Shown: positions 38,460 through 52,200, counted from the first letter of the stretch. The stretch: DNA of 64,000 nucleotides from Octopus vulgaris (GCA_951406725.2 OX597829.1:23064001-23128000), one strand, 5' to 3'. Notes: generated by a model from the sequence alone, not told the origin. Numbers and translations: made by a program.

Positions 38460-38885
38460 AAGGCAGTGAGCTGGCAGAAACGTTAGCAAACCAGTCAAAA
38501 TGCTAAGTGGTATTTCGTCCGTCTTCACGTTCTGAGTTCAAATTCCGCCGAGGTCGATTTGCCTTTCATCCTTTCGGAGCGTTGAAATAAGTACCAGTTA
38601 CGCACTGAAGTCGATGTAATTGACTAGCTCCCTTCCAAAAGGTTCAGGCCTTGTGCCTATAACAGAAGGGATTATTATTGTTATCATTATTATTGAAGGC
38701 GGCGAGCTGGCAGAATCGTTAGCATGCCGGACAAAATGCTTAGTGGCACTTAGTTCATCTTCACGATCTAAGTTCTAATTCAGCTGAGGTTGATTTTGCC
38801 TTTCATCCTGTCAGAGTTGATAAAATAAGTACCAGTTGAGCACCTCCTCCCAAATTCTAGGCCTTGTGCCTATAATAGAAAGGAT
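38460..38885 (+). mobile_element. Two tandem family A SINEs with the second (ATT-ending) tail
   Basis: Heads at 38460 and 38697; tails GGCCTTGTGCCTATAA..GAA(A/G)GGATTATT. Confidence 0.8.
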
Positions 38886-38887
38886 TA

Positions 38888-39002
<115 letters not shown>

Positions 39003-39098
39003 CAATAATATTAATACGCTAACTTGTTTTTGTACGTACCTGTTGTGTGCGTCACACTTACTTCAAGGAAATGGCAACGCGAGAGAGAGGAGGACAGA

Positions 39099-39440
39099 GA
39101 GGAAGTAAGAGAGAGAGAGAGTGAGAAAGAAAGGGAGAGTGAGAGAGAAAGTGAGAGAGAGAGAAAAAGAGAGAGTGAAAGAGACTGTGAGTGGTGACAG
39201 CGATCGTTTTGTGTTTTTAAATGTTTCAGAGGAAGTAAGAAAGAAAGAGAGAAAGAGAGAGAAGGAGAGTGTGAAAGAGACAGTGAGTGGTGAGGCGTTC
39301 ATTTGGTGGTTTTAAATGTTTCAGAGAGGACGTAAGAGAGAAAGAAAGAGAGTGAGAAAGAGAAAAAAGTGAGAGAGAAAGAGAAAGAGTGAAAGAGACA
39401 GTGAGTGGTGACGGCGGTCGTTTTGTGTTTTTAAATGTTA
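39099..39440. repeat. Three tandem GA-rich units of ~100-130 bp
   Basis: Each contains GAAAGAGAC(A/T)GTGAGTGGTGA...TTTTAAATGTT. Confidence 0.8.
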
Positions 39441-40777
39441 ATCACATCGCAAGAGAAGTAGATACATAGATACATATACACATTGTTAAATCAAAAGTGG
39501 GAGAGAAGAGGGACACAAAGTAAGTGAAAGAGAACGAGAGAAAGTGGGAGAGAGAGAGAGAGAGAGAGAGAGTAGATACATAAATCCAAAGAAAAGTTCA
39601 TACATAGATACATAGACACACAAATATTGGAATTCAATTACACTTTTCATTACCATGCGAGGATAAAATTAACTCAAAAATGGCTGAGTATCCACAGATA
39701 TGCATAACATTAACGTAGTTCTCAGTGAGATTCAGCCTCACACAGAATATGACAACTCTGGCCCCTTTGAATCACAGCTACAACTCGAGACATATATATA
39801 CGAATGTATTTGTGTGTGTGTATAGTTTTGGTTAGTTAAAACATGTTTGCAATAAGTGTTGCATGCTAGAAATAAATGCAATTACCAAACTTTCATTCAT
39901 ATATCCAATTATTTTTTCATCCTTTTGCCTTTCAATTTGTACATTAAGGTTCTTTGAATATGTACGATGTATTTTAAGGTTAAATAGTAATTTCATTTAC
40001 GTTTGTGTAACTGAGATATTTTGGTTGGATTATATAGTCATTGAGGTTACATTATTTTCTATATTCTGTAACTGTCACAATATACTTTTATCTAGGCCTG
40101 AAATTTTTGTGGGGAGGGGGCCAGTTGATTAGATCGACCCCAGTACACAACTGGTACTTAATTTATCGACCCTGAAAAGACAAAAGGCAAAGTCAACCTC
40201 TGCAGAATTTGAACTCAGAACATAGACAAGACGGCCATAATATACAAACATTTCTCATGGCACCAGTACACTCTTTACAGATACTTTCATTTTTTATGTT
40301 TTCCGTGAATTTTTCACAGGTCCAGCTAGGGGTCTTTTCCTTTTGAACGGCAGTTTTCAACACAATTTCTAGTTAACTAAACACTTTTAAACTTCGTATA
40401 CTGGTAGAATGTGTTTATAAAACATCATTTTTTCTTGGCTTTATTGAGAAAATTCTATACGTTGTAACATATTTCGACTTTAATTTCGAGCATTTCGGCA
40501 ATTTTAACCAATCCATTGACGTAAACAACATTCCGTGCTGTATGAATATGTCCCTCGTTTAAGAAACAGATTGGGTTTATTTACATTTGCGAAGAAAAAA
40601 AGATACCCTTCCCCCATCCCCAACCCTAACCCTAACCCAACCCTACCCCTAACCACAACCATAACTCTAAACCTAACCCTAAAATAGATTGAAATGCAAT
40701 AGATCGATACTAGGGTTATAATTATGGATGACAATATCATTTGACGCCGCTAGAAAAAAATCCCATTTTCCGTAGCG

Positions 40778-40848
<71 letters not shown>

Positions 40849-40850
<2 letters not shown>

Positions 40851-41660
40851 CATTGATCATGTTGTCTCCAAATGCAGTCTTCTAACCATTGATCATGTTG
40901 TCTCCAAATGCAGTCTTCTAACCATTGATCATGTTGTCTCCAAATGCAGTCTTCTAGCGCCTACAGAGTACCTCAACAGGCATGATAGAGCTGCACAATA
41001 TATTCACTGGGTAATTTGCAAAAACCTGGATTTGCCCCATGAAAAAAACTGGTGGGAACACAATCCACCCCCAGTGCTTGAAAATGACCACATCTCACTC
41101 CTCTGGAACTTCACCATTCAAACTGACAGGAAGATAGATGCAAATAGGCCAGACATCATATTGAAAGACTTCAGACAAAGAACATGCCTCCTCATTGATA
41201 TGACTGTCCCAATCGATATAAACGTATCTGTCAAGACCTACCAAAAACTGAGCAAATATAAAGATCTTGAAATAGAAATCAGCAAAATGTGGGACCTGAA
41301 GACTAAAACAATACCTGTTGTCATAGGTGCCCTGGGAATGATAGCGAAAGGGGCTGATTGCTACCTAACTCAGATACCAGGAAACCCCAAAATGGCAGAA
41401 ATTCAAAAGATAGTGCTCATGGGAACTGCTCATATCCTACGCAAAATACTCTCTATGTAATCCCAAGGTTTAAAACAAACTTTTTATTTATTTATTTATT
41501 TATTTTAATTTTATTTTTATGTATTAGACATTCACTAGTACAACACCAAAAAAAAAAAACCCCAAATATATGGCACAGAACTTCCAACCTGTTGTCTCTT
41601 GAGGTCTCTGGGTGAGACTTGGAGCCAACTTGTACAGACATAAAACAAAAGTCAAACATA
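40849..41660 (+). mobile_element. 5'-truncated R4/Dong-like RLE-LINE, copy 2 (open RLE frame to 41460)
   Basis: RHD, NRPD..LID..KLSKY motifs; same family as 7985-8853; preceded by (TAA)n; the 36-bp 5' unit is triplicated. Confidence 0.92.
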
Positions 41661-41671
41661 GAATAATAATT

Positions 41672-41716
<45 letters not shown>

Positions 41717-41983
41717 TATTGTTACAGACAGGATCTTTTATCTATTATGTTTCTTTCGTCACTCTATTATTATATTATACAATATTGATCCTGTTTTCTT
41801 TTTTCCTTTTCTTTCCTTGCCATAAGGGGTTGCTGCAGCACCGTCAGAACATTGTCTACATCACATCTACATCTTTAGACTCTGGTTTATCGTAACCAAG
41901 TTTGATGTTTACTATATTATACAGTTTGAAACTTCACCCGAGTACAACAGTAGCAAGTACAAGACTTACCCATTACCTGAGTG

Positions 41984-42046
<63 letters not shown>

Positions 42047-42557
42047 TGTATCTTCGCAAGTCCATTCTAATAACAATGAAAGCCATTCACTAGGAGGCGT
42101 CTTGTAATCCCTGTGCCTTTATTAACTAACATCATTTCGCTCTCAGGCACAAAAAAATTAACAAACAAAAATAGTTACTGTATTTAATCATGGCGTCTAT
42201 GAAAATGTTCGCTGTAATATCGCTTCAAGTGATTTCACAGACAACAGACACGCACACGCGCACACACACACACACACATGCACGCACACGCATACACATA
42301 CACGCGCATGTACACACATACACAGGCACTAATATATATCTAATAAATGATATGTTGATAAAATATCTCTACAGAATGCGCAGACATGGCTGTGTGGTAA
42401 GAAGTTTGCTTTCACATGGTTCTGGGTTCAGTCCCACCGCGTGGCACCTTGAGCAAGTGTCTTCTTCTACTTTAGCCTCGGACCAATCAGTCTTGTTAGT
42501 GGATTTGGTAAGAGGAAACTGAAAGAAGCCCGTTACACACACACATATATATATGTA

Positions 42558-42620
<63 letters not shown>

Positions 42621-42672
42621 TCGGAATGGTCATATTGCCAGTTTAGCCAATAAATCTTGCACAACAAATATT

Positions 42673-42748
<76 letters not shown>

Positions 42749-43050
42749 CACTTGGAAAAGGACACGTGGCGTTCGAACATATAATAATATAAATAATATA
42801 TAAATATATGCATACATATACATATATGTACATACCTACATGCATATGTATATATACATGCATATATGGGTACGGGGCATCAAAGAAACGTTGAACACAA
42901 TGAGAAATGAAAACATAAAAACAAAAACATAGAAACGGACTTTTGGGGGAACAACGTAAAAAAATAACAAACAAACAGAGAAACGAGACATACAACATAA
43001 AGAATATTCCTTCTTCAGTTGTCCCTGTTACATCTACTCCGCGTTTCGAA

Positions 43051-43081
<31 letters not shown>

Positions 43082-44008
43082 TGTATAAGTATATATGTAT
43101 ATATGTATATATATGATATATATATATGTATGTGTAGATATGTGTGTGTGTGTCGTTATCTCTCCTTCCATTCAACCTTTTCCTTCGGGTCATTTCGGCA
43201 TGTGAAACCGTTAGTCCAGACAGGTTTTCTTTTTCCCCACCCGCTTTCTTTCCTTATTCCTTTCTATCGCAGAGCCAGGCTCGAAACGTTAAAACCCATT
43301 CTGTTTCTCCTGAGCGTCAAACTGACACGACTTGTTCTGTTGCTTGTCTCTTGCTTTCTTTTTTTGTACACTTGAACCTCACACACACACACACACACAC
43401 ACACATAAACATACAAACATGTATGTCTATGTGTGTGCGCGTCTCTCTTCAGTGTTGTCCTCCACCACCGCTTGACTGCCGATGCTGGTATGTTGACAGC
43501 CCCACAACTTAGTGATTCGTCAAAAGAGACCAGCGCTTAAAAAAAGTGAATACTGGGTTCGATTCATCCGACTAAAACTCCTTCAAGCCGGTGTCTAGCT
43601 TGGCCGCAGTCCAATGACTGAAACTAGTAAAAAAAAGATACACATACGTATATCTTATATATTTTATGTACACACACAAGCACGCGCGCGCACACACAAA
43701 CACACACACACACAAGCACACACACAAACACACACACACAAGCACACACACATACATACACTACATAAAGAGAAATCATAATTGTGTATATATCAAGAAG
43801 TGCACGTCATTTTGGCGTCTTCTACTTTACCCCACGACTGACCATAAATGCATACATACATACATACATACATACATACATACATACATACACACATACA
43901 TACATACATACATACATACACACATACATACATACATACATACATACACACATACATACACACATACATACATACATACATACATACATACATACATACA
44001 TACATACA

Positions 44009-44039
<31 letters not shown>

Positions 44040-44357
44040 TAAAGAAAATACCTACCCTGAACTATTGAGAAACTTATAGTTACTCTATCCTGATTACAAT
44101 TATTGGGGCATTGGGTTTTTATAACAAACTGTTTAAGTACCAATCTTGTGAAATTAGACTTCTCAAAACCAAAAAGGAGAAAACTGATTTGAAGACTACA
44201 GATCCAATCCAACACTGGAACTGTAAAAATCTGTAAAACTTTCCAGAAGTTTATCATTTAAATATATATGCACATGTCTAGACATGCAAGTGAGAATAGG
44301 TACATAAAACAAAGCATACAAATCTGCACATATACTGACTCCAAATACTTCACATGT

Positions 44358-44742
44358 GGAAGCACTCCGTCGGTTACGACGACGAGGGTTCCGGTTGATC
44401 CGAATCAACGGAACAGCCTGCTCGTGAAATTAACGTGTAAGTGACTGAGCACTCCACAGACACGTGTACCATTAACGTAGTTCTCGGGTATATTCAGCGT
44501 GACACAGAGAGTGACATGGCCGGCCCTTTGAAATACAGGTACAACAGAAACAGGAAGTAAGAGTGAGAGAAAGTTGTGGTGAAAGAGTACAGCAGGGATC
44601 ACCACCATCCCCTGCCGGAGCATCGTGGAGCTTTAGGTGTTTTTCGCCCAATAAACACTCACAACGCCCGGTCTGGGAATCGAAACCGCGATCCTATGAC
44701 CGCGAGTCCGCTGCCCTAACCACTGGGCCATTGCGCCTCCAC
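44358..44742 (-). mobile_element. SINE family C (tRNA-like head GTGGAGGCGCAATGGCCCAGTGG, ~385 bp)
   Basis: TSD CTTCACATGT at 44348-44357 and 44744-44753; near-identical to 58088-58476. Confidence 0.9.
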
Positions 44743-45082
44743 TCTTCACATGTACACACATGAATACACAAACACCCTGTTGTTGATGTTGAAATTCCAA
44801 CGAAGGATCCTTGAATCTTGGTTAGAAACCGGTTCTTTCTGTATTGGCAAGAAATCTTGAAATAAAAAATGAATAATGACATACAGACGTACATTCTCGT
44901 TCATTTCGTGTTGGAGCAAACTATGTAATTTGTGATATGTTGCGAGTGCGGTGTATAAGTTGTGGTGTATATAATGTTATTTGAGAAGCATATATTAGTG
45001 TGTATATAATGTAATTTGTATTGTAGTTATCGTATTATTTGTAGCATGCCTGTAGCTAAGAGGGTACTATGGACGGTACTAT

Positions 45083-45303
45083 GGCGGCGAGCTAGCAGAA
45101 ACGTTAGCACGCCGGGCGAAATGCTTAGCAGTATTTCGTCTGCCGTTACGTTCTGAGTTCAAATTCCGCCGAGGTCGACTTCGCCTTTCATCCTTTCGGG
45201 GTCGATAAATTAAGTACCAGTTACGCACTGGGGTCGATGTAATCGTTTGTCTGTCCTTGTTTGTCTCCTCTTTGTTTAGCCCCTTGTGGGTAGTAAAGAA
45301 ATA
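45083..45303 (+). mobile_element. SINE family A
   Basis: Full head, core and tail; GGTACTATGG repeated on both sides. Confidence 0.9.
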
Positions 45304-45457
45304 GGTACTATGGACGGCACTGCCCCCTCACTATTCAACAGTGCACTCTCAGAGTTAGAAAAACAATCGTCGTCATCTTCATCTGTAACAATGTCATCAT
45401 CATCATCAGCGTCGTCGTCATCACCACCACCACCACCACCACCACCACCACCACCAT

Positions 45458-45516
<59 letters not shown>

Positions 45517-46779
45517 CCATCAAGGATTACTTTGTCTAAGGTAAACCGTGTTTTAGAAACTTAGACACATACAGCCACATTGGAATACATTTAGTCTGTT
45601 AATCAGGGCTGTCTTGGCGCTAAGCAATAACGACAATAAGTGAACGAATGCTCGACCTACTAGAAATAGCAGCCAGATATCTCTCTAAACCACATCTTAC
45701 TATTTTAACAAGAAGAATATGCACGCCCGTCTACATCCGGACACACGATATCTAAAAACAAGACCCGGTGGTCACAGCCGGAATGCTTTTGATCATAGTT
45801 TTGCTTAGTGTAATTATATTATAGAGAAAAGCAACAGCAACAACAAAAATAACAACAACAGCAGCAAACAACAGCAACAACAACAACAACAACGGTGGCG
45901 GCGGCAGTAGTGGAAACATGCTCATTTGTAGTATATCTGATAATGAACAAAAACACTAGAATAAGTGAAGCGAAACCGGAAGAATCAATTCCTTTAAGGA
46001 AATTTGAAAGCGGAAGTATCGATGTTTCACTGAAATTTAAAACCGGAAGACGTAACATTTCACTGAAATTCGACACATAACTGGAGTTGTCTCCGATGAC
46101 AGCTGTAGGCTTCTTCTGCTGCTTTTTGCTAAATTGACACAAGATGTCGCAATAAGTGTAGCTTGCAGTGAGTGATTTATGCGGTTTAACTCACATGCAA
46201 AACACATTTCCATCAAGGTTGATAGACATGCTAGAAATAACAGCTAAATCTCAACTCAACTCCTTCCCTCGTCTCTGCTGTTTTAAATCTGGAAATATAA
46301 ATAGACTGTGTAGTGATATTGTTTGTTCTGGGGGGTATGCAGGTATTTGAAAAAACCTCACGGAGTGACGACTGTGCCCTGTGTAGTTATGGGTTGCTCT
46401 TTGGCAAGACATAGCACCCGTTCAGTAACCCTACAAGGGATATGACAAAATCAAGGGAACTGCAGTATGGCGGATTGTGAAGAGGCAGCGGATGAGTTCC
46501 ACTGAGCCATTGATACTGAGCGGAGGAAGCCCAGAAGATCAATGGTTAGGATCTCCAAACTCTATCAAAAGAGTAACTGCAACGCATCCATAGGGGTAGC
46601 GTCCATGGTTTTATAACAAGCTAATGAAAGATTCACAATGATTCAAGCTCCCAATTCAAATTTATAATAATGGAATTGGATGGCGACACAGAGAATCTAC
46701 GGAAGCAGCTCTCTCAAGAAAATATTGTCTGTTCTTTTGAGACTGAACAGAGGCTAACAATAACAATTTCTTCAGTTTA

Positions 46780-47180
46780 TCTTTATATATAAAAGTGAAG
46801 TTGTGTGAGTGTCTGTCCCCTACGATTTAGATTCCTAACTACTCTCACATTTTGCGGTGCAGTTTAACCAAAAGCGGGTAACTTATAGTTGTGATTCATA
46901 TCGAGCCCTTCTGGGTATTAGTGCGCGTCTACGATGAGTCTACGATTTAAAAAAAAAATTACCATCATTTTTTCCCATTTTTAATGCATTTTTTCGCTAT
47001 TATGTAAGGGAAGTAACTCTCTAAAAATGTATTATTAAATCTCAGAACGTAAAAAGCTACAGTAACACCCCCCCCTTTGTGGTTAGCCATATTGAGATGT
47101 CTATTATACTTTACATCTCTAAAAATGCTTATATAGTTATTTCCCTTACAAACCCAAGCAACGCCGGGCGATACTGCTAG
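46780..47180 (+). mobile_element. Non-autonomous Helitron (~400 bp)
   Basis: A|TCTTTATATATAAAA start, imperfect hairpin CCCAAGC-AAC-GCCGGG (47153-47168), CTAG|T end, no TSD. Confidence 0.75.
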
Positions 47181-48129
47181 TTGTCTTTATAAAAAAAATT
47201 CAAATGATTGGTTTTGCGAATTCTTGTGAAGAAAAAAACAATGCCAATTTAATTAGCGCTTAGTTTGTTTCAATCCCTCCTGATTTTGCCATCGATTTAC
47301 CTTTGATATGATCTCCAATATCACTGAGGTTCATGCAGTTGGTGTTTAACTTCAACTCTAAAAAATTGATGCAGAAAGAGCGTCTTGATGGTTACACAGT
47401 CAACTGGAAATAGAAGACAAGTTTTCCTCAAATCACAGCCAATATCTTGAAAACGAGAAAGACATTTTCGATAGGATAACATAGTCCTACACACACAGAG
47501 GAAGAAACAAGATGACCATAACCGGAACGTCTTTAACCATAGGTTAGAACTGTGCTTCAGCTAAACATTTGTGTATGTATGTATGTCCTAATGTATTTAT
47601 GTATTATGTATGCATGAATGTATGAATGTATATATGTATATATGTATGTATGTCTGAATGTATGTATGCATGTATATATGTGTCAATGTATGTCTGAATG
47701 TATATATTTATTTATATATGCATGAATGTATATCTACATGTATGTATGAATGTATGTACGTAAATATGTATGTATGAGTGTGTGTATGTTGCGTTTTTGT
47801 GATTGTGTTTATCTTCCACTGCCACTTGACAGCCGGTGTTGGCTTGTTTACTTCCTATAACTTAGCGGTTCAGCAGTAGAGAACCCAAAGAACAAATACC
47901 AGATTAAAATAAAATCCAAGGCTTGATTTGTTCGACTAAAACCTTCAACCCGGTGCCCCAGAGTTGTCACAGTCCAACGAGTTAAACAAACATTAATAAA
48001 TAAATAACAATACAATGATGTTGATTCGACCAAAGGCGGTGCTCTAGCATGGCCGCAGTCAAATGACTGAAACAAGTAAAAGAGTAAAAGAGAGTAACGC
48101 TTAATGCCACTAGAAATAATACAATAAGG

Positions 48130-51100
48130 TGAGGTTTCAAACCGTCTAACGAGGATCTTTCACCTCCTACTCATCGATATATCCATCAATATATCCATCA
48201 TTATCTTCAACGCCGCTTGAGTTCCTGTATCCCGCCATTTCCCATGCCTCACTCATGTAGGACATGTAAGTCGTATAAGGGCCACCCGGCCATATGTGAC
48301 ACTTCTCCCCAAATCCTTTAAACCTTTCCCACAAGGGAAACCTAATGACCTCCACAGCTATCTGCGGAGGCCATTCGGGATCCCGTGTGAAGAGCATATC
48401 TACAGTCTCTTTATGGTCTTCTACTATTTTTCCACCTCCCCGCCCTGTAGAAAAAGATAATTAATTCATCATCTTTAAGGGTGGGGGTCGTTTCTTCCAC
48501 CGTGGGTGGCACAACTTCGGGACATGCAGACGGCATATCATCTCCCACCTGCAATAACCCGTTCTTCTTCTTTCTTTTCTTCCTGAGATCGGGAGAGTGG
48601 AGCTCTTCCGCTCTGTTCGGAGTCTGAAGCCTCGTCAACCACATCCACCTCTCCCTTTGAACGGGAAGGGGAGGTGGCATCCAGCGACTGTTCCAGGACC
48701 TTACCATGGTCCTGGGGGGGCAGTTCTTTTTAATGTGGCTTGGCTGCAGGCACGAGTGACACTTGGTTGGACGTCCCTCAAGTATCACCGGATACCTGCA
48801 GCCAGCCATTTAAAAAAATCTGGAAAAACCATATCTGTTGCGGCCGATGGGGCACACAGAGTCAAAATCGCTTTTGACCCTTCCCAATTGACCGCCGGCA
48901 ATACACTTACATTTAAGAGCCTGGGCCCGCTATACCCCTGTCCCCGTCGGATGGTATCTTCAATCCAACTCGCCTCGGTGCCCGGGGGTAATCCACATAC
49001 CTAGGCTCGTATCAATTTCATCCCGCTGTACGACGGGGGGAACATAATTTCGTTGCTCTCCAAGGGCTGATTCAAACAGCAACCATACGGTTGCATGCTT
49101 GACACCGCGGGATATGTACGAGGGGCGTTCAATAAGTAATGCCTCTGACCCACTTGCCGTTGTTTGATCTAGCTGAAATTTTGCATGTGCAATTATTTAT
49201 ATTTCTATAGATTATATTTCTATAGATTACGTGGCAAATTACAGCTCCGAACTAATTGTGGTTTCTGATTTACAGGTGTTTGAACTAAGTCAAGTGGGAA
49301 ATGGAGCCTGTTGAGTGTCGAGCAGTGATCCGGTTTTTGTATTTGAAATGACGCACACCACAGGAGACTTTTGATGAAATGAAAGTAACTTATGGTGATG
49401 ATGCCCCATCATATGACCTTGTAAAACGCTGGCATCGTGAATTCAAACAAGGTCGGAACTCTGTGGAAACAGCTCCCAGATCTGGTCGCACCCCTTCTGC
49501 CATTGATGAGGCATCTGTCCGTCAAGTTGAGGCTGCCATTTTGAAAGATCGACGCAAATAGCCCATGAGGTCAAGATTAGTACCGGGTCTGTGGAAACTA
49601 TCATTCATGACCATTTGCATATGCAAAAGGTGTCTGCCAGATGGATTCCCAGGTTGCTCACACTTTTCCAGAAGCAAGAACGCGTCGAGTGCTCGAGGAT
49701 GAATTTAGGGATGTGCCAAGAGGATGAGTCAAAATTTTTCAAAAGACTGATTACACAGGATGAGACCTGGGTCCATCACTATGATCCAGAGACCAAAGCC
49801 CAGTCAATGCAGTGGAAGCACCATGACTCACCTCCTCCAAAGAAGGCAAGGGTGCAGCCCTCCGCTGGCAAGGTCATGCTCACAGTCTTCTGGGACCAGG
49901 ACGGAGTAGTGATGACAGATTTCCTGGCAAAGGGTACCACAATTACAGGAGCCTATCATGCTTCACTTTTGAGGAAATTAAGAGAAGCTATCAAAACCAA
50001 GTGGCGGGGCAAGATCAGCAAAGGCATTCTCCTCTTGCAGGACAACGCTCCGGTCCACAACTCGCGTGTCGCCAGATCAGAAGCACAGGCGTGCGGCTAT
50101 GAACTCTTCCCCCATCCCCCTACTCTCCTGACCTTGCACCCTCTGATTTTCACCTCTTCCCAGCCATGAAGTTGTTTTTGAAAGGAAAGCGTTTCCCAGA
50201 TGATGCAGCCTTGATTTCTGAAGTCACGTCGTGGTTGGAGGACCAAGCTGGGGTCTTCTACGAAAACGGTCTCCAGAGCTGCATCAAAAGATGGGAGAAA
50301 TGCGTAACTCTGGGTTGTTCCTATGTAGAAAAAGACTAATAACTGTGCCAAGTTTCGTTGCTCTACTGCTATGAGAAGTGGGTCAGGGGCATTACTTATT
50401 GAACGCCCCTCGTATTTCACAGAGGACAAATAGTCTTTCAGTTCATTTTCTATAACTGGTTTTGGGAAGACGGTGATGGTATCAAGAACTTTAGAATAAG
50501 TTCTAACCACCACTGTCCTCTCCTCCATATCTTTTAACCACTGCTTGAGTGGGACAATCTCCAAAGCAGCGGCACCATTCTTTATCGCCACGAGGAAGAA
50601 AGTTCAAATGGCCACAAAAATAGAAATACACTAGAAAAAATAAAAATAAAAATAAAGACCGAACGAATATATAGACAGTAAAAAATAAGACAAAAGAAAA
50701 CAAAAAGGACAGTTAAAAAAAACAGAAGGAAAAACACGGAAGAAATAAAAATATGGTTTCAAATGGCAACTACACAATTCCGGCCACAAGTATTCCTGGC
50801 TTTCTTCTTTGACTGGTACTCCGAGCTGGAACCTTAAATCCACAGAAGACGAATATTCGCCACAATGGGCCACAAAAATTTTCAATGACTGGAACAAACT
50901 TCAAATTTTGGACGGGGTTACGCTCCCAACATTTTTTCAACAAGCAAAAATCACAATAGCCACCGAGAGCAGGCGAAATTGTCCCAGAGCTGGGCGAAAT
51001 TTACTGAAAAAAATTCCAAAACAATAAATGACGCCCAGCTCAAAAAAACAAAAACAAACAAAATCACCTACCTCTACGGACTTCTTAATTTTCAGTTTTA

Positions 51101-51130
51101 GGACGGAGCGTACTAGCTCATGTCCTTCTT
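48130..51130 (-). pseudogene. Degraded LINE 5' region/ORF1 with CCHC knuckle (probably L1/Tx1 clade), interrupted by a mariner
   Basis: The frame ..ERTVVVRTYS..LSSVKY continues past the mariner as ISRGVKHAT; ILEGRPTKCHSCLQPSHIKKNCP is C-x2-C-x4-H-x4-C. Outer boundaries uncertain. Confidence 0.65.
49119..50412 (+). mobile_element. Full-length mariner (DD34D) transposon, 1294 bp, transposase inactivated
   Basis: TIRs CGAGGGGCGTTCAATAAGTAATGCC.CTGACCCACT; TA duplications at 49117-49118 and 50413-50414. Transposase 49301-50339 has WIPRLL, DETW, QDNA and YSPDLAPSD, with a stop and two frameshifts. Confidence 0.96.
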
Positions 51131-51297
51131 GTTCAAGTGTTGAAGCAAAACACCAACACGCATGCGCGGGTAAGCAAACTACTTACCACACAGCCACTCA
51201 TATGCCTAATTGTTTATAATTTTCACCTTAAAAGGTATTATAATATGCTGGCCACCTGATGAAATTTTTTGAAAAAATATCCTTTATTAGAAGTTTG

Positions 51298-51595
51298 AGA
51301 CGCCCTTCGGTCATAACTGACCATGGAATTGCACCTACAAAGTTACCCACCAAGGCACAAGTCTGGGCAAGGTTGTTTATAGAAGATCAGCAGTTGCCCA
51401 TGCAGAGCAACCGCCCCTCTCCATACCACTGATGTTATCCAAGGGAAAGATAAAGGCCGATACAGCTTGGCATCAGTGACGTCGCAACTCATTTCTACAG
51501 CTTAGTGAACAGGTGCAACGTGAAATAAAGTGAAATAAAGTCCAGGATTTGAACTCACAACCTCACGATCTAACCACTGAGCCATGTGCCTTCAC
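51298..51595 (-). mobile_element. SINE family D, diverged and internally deleted
   Basis: Homologous to 53333-53667. Confidence 0.75.
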
Positions 51596-52028
51596 ACATG
51601 TGTGTGTGTATATATATATGTGTGTGTATGTGTGTGTATGCATGTATATATTCTTTTACTTGTTCCATTCATCTGACTGCGGCCATGCTGGAGTACCACC
51701 TGTAGTCGAACAAATCGACCCCAGGATATATTCTTTGTAAGCCAGGTACTTATTCTACTACTTAGCCGGACCACTAAGTTGCACGACGTAAATATACCAA
51801 TATCGGTTGTTAAGCGATGGTGGAGGCACAAACATAGACACAGAAATACATACATACATACATACATACATACATACAAACATACATACATACATACATA
51901 CATACATACATACATACACACACACACATACATACATACACACACATACATACATACACACATACATACATACATACATACACACATACATACATACATA
52001 CATACATACATACATACATACATACATA

Positions 52029-52200
52029 CTTTATCTAAAAGCAGCAGAAATTCAACAAAACCTGTTACTCTGAGTTTCGTGAAACTCAGAGTAACAGGTT
52101 TTGTTGAATTTCTGCTGCTTTTAAATAAAGCATATTACTTTACCCCTGGTATTTGAGTACTCTTTTTTCCACCTTGTTTCACATTTATGTGTTTACTCCG
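52029..52200. mobile_element. Second palindromic pLTR-like remnant with the hammerhead core deleted
   Basis: 50-bp arms 52029-52078 and 52081-52130; same family as 19471-19627 but lacking CTGATGA. Confidence 0.75.

Noticed and set aside
39099-39440. Repeat-spacer appearance resembling a CRISPR array
   Set aside because: Eukaryotic context, the 'spacers' are GA microsatellite, and there are no cas genes.
50097-50591. 164-aa ORF taken as a gene
   Set aside because: A chimera of the LINE ORF1 start reading into the antisense mariner end.
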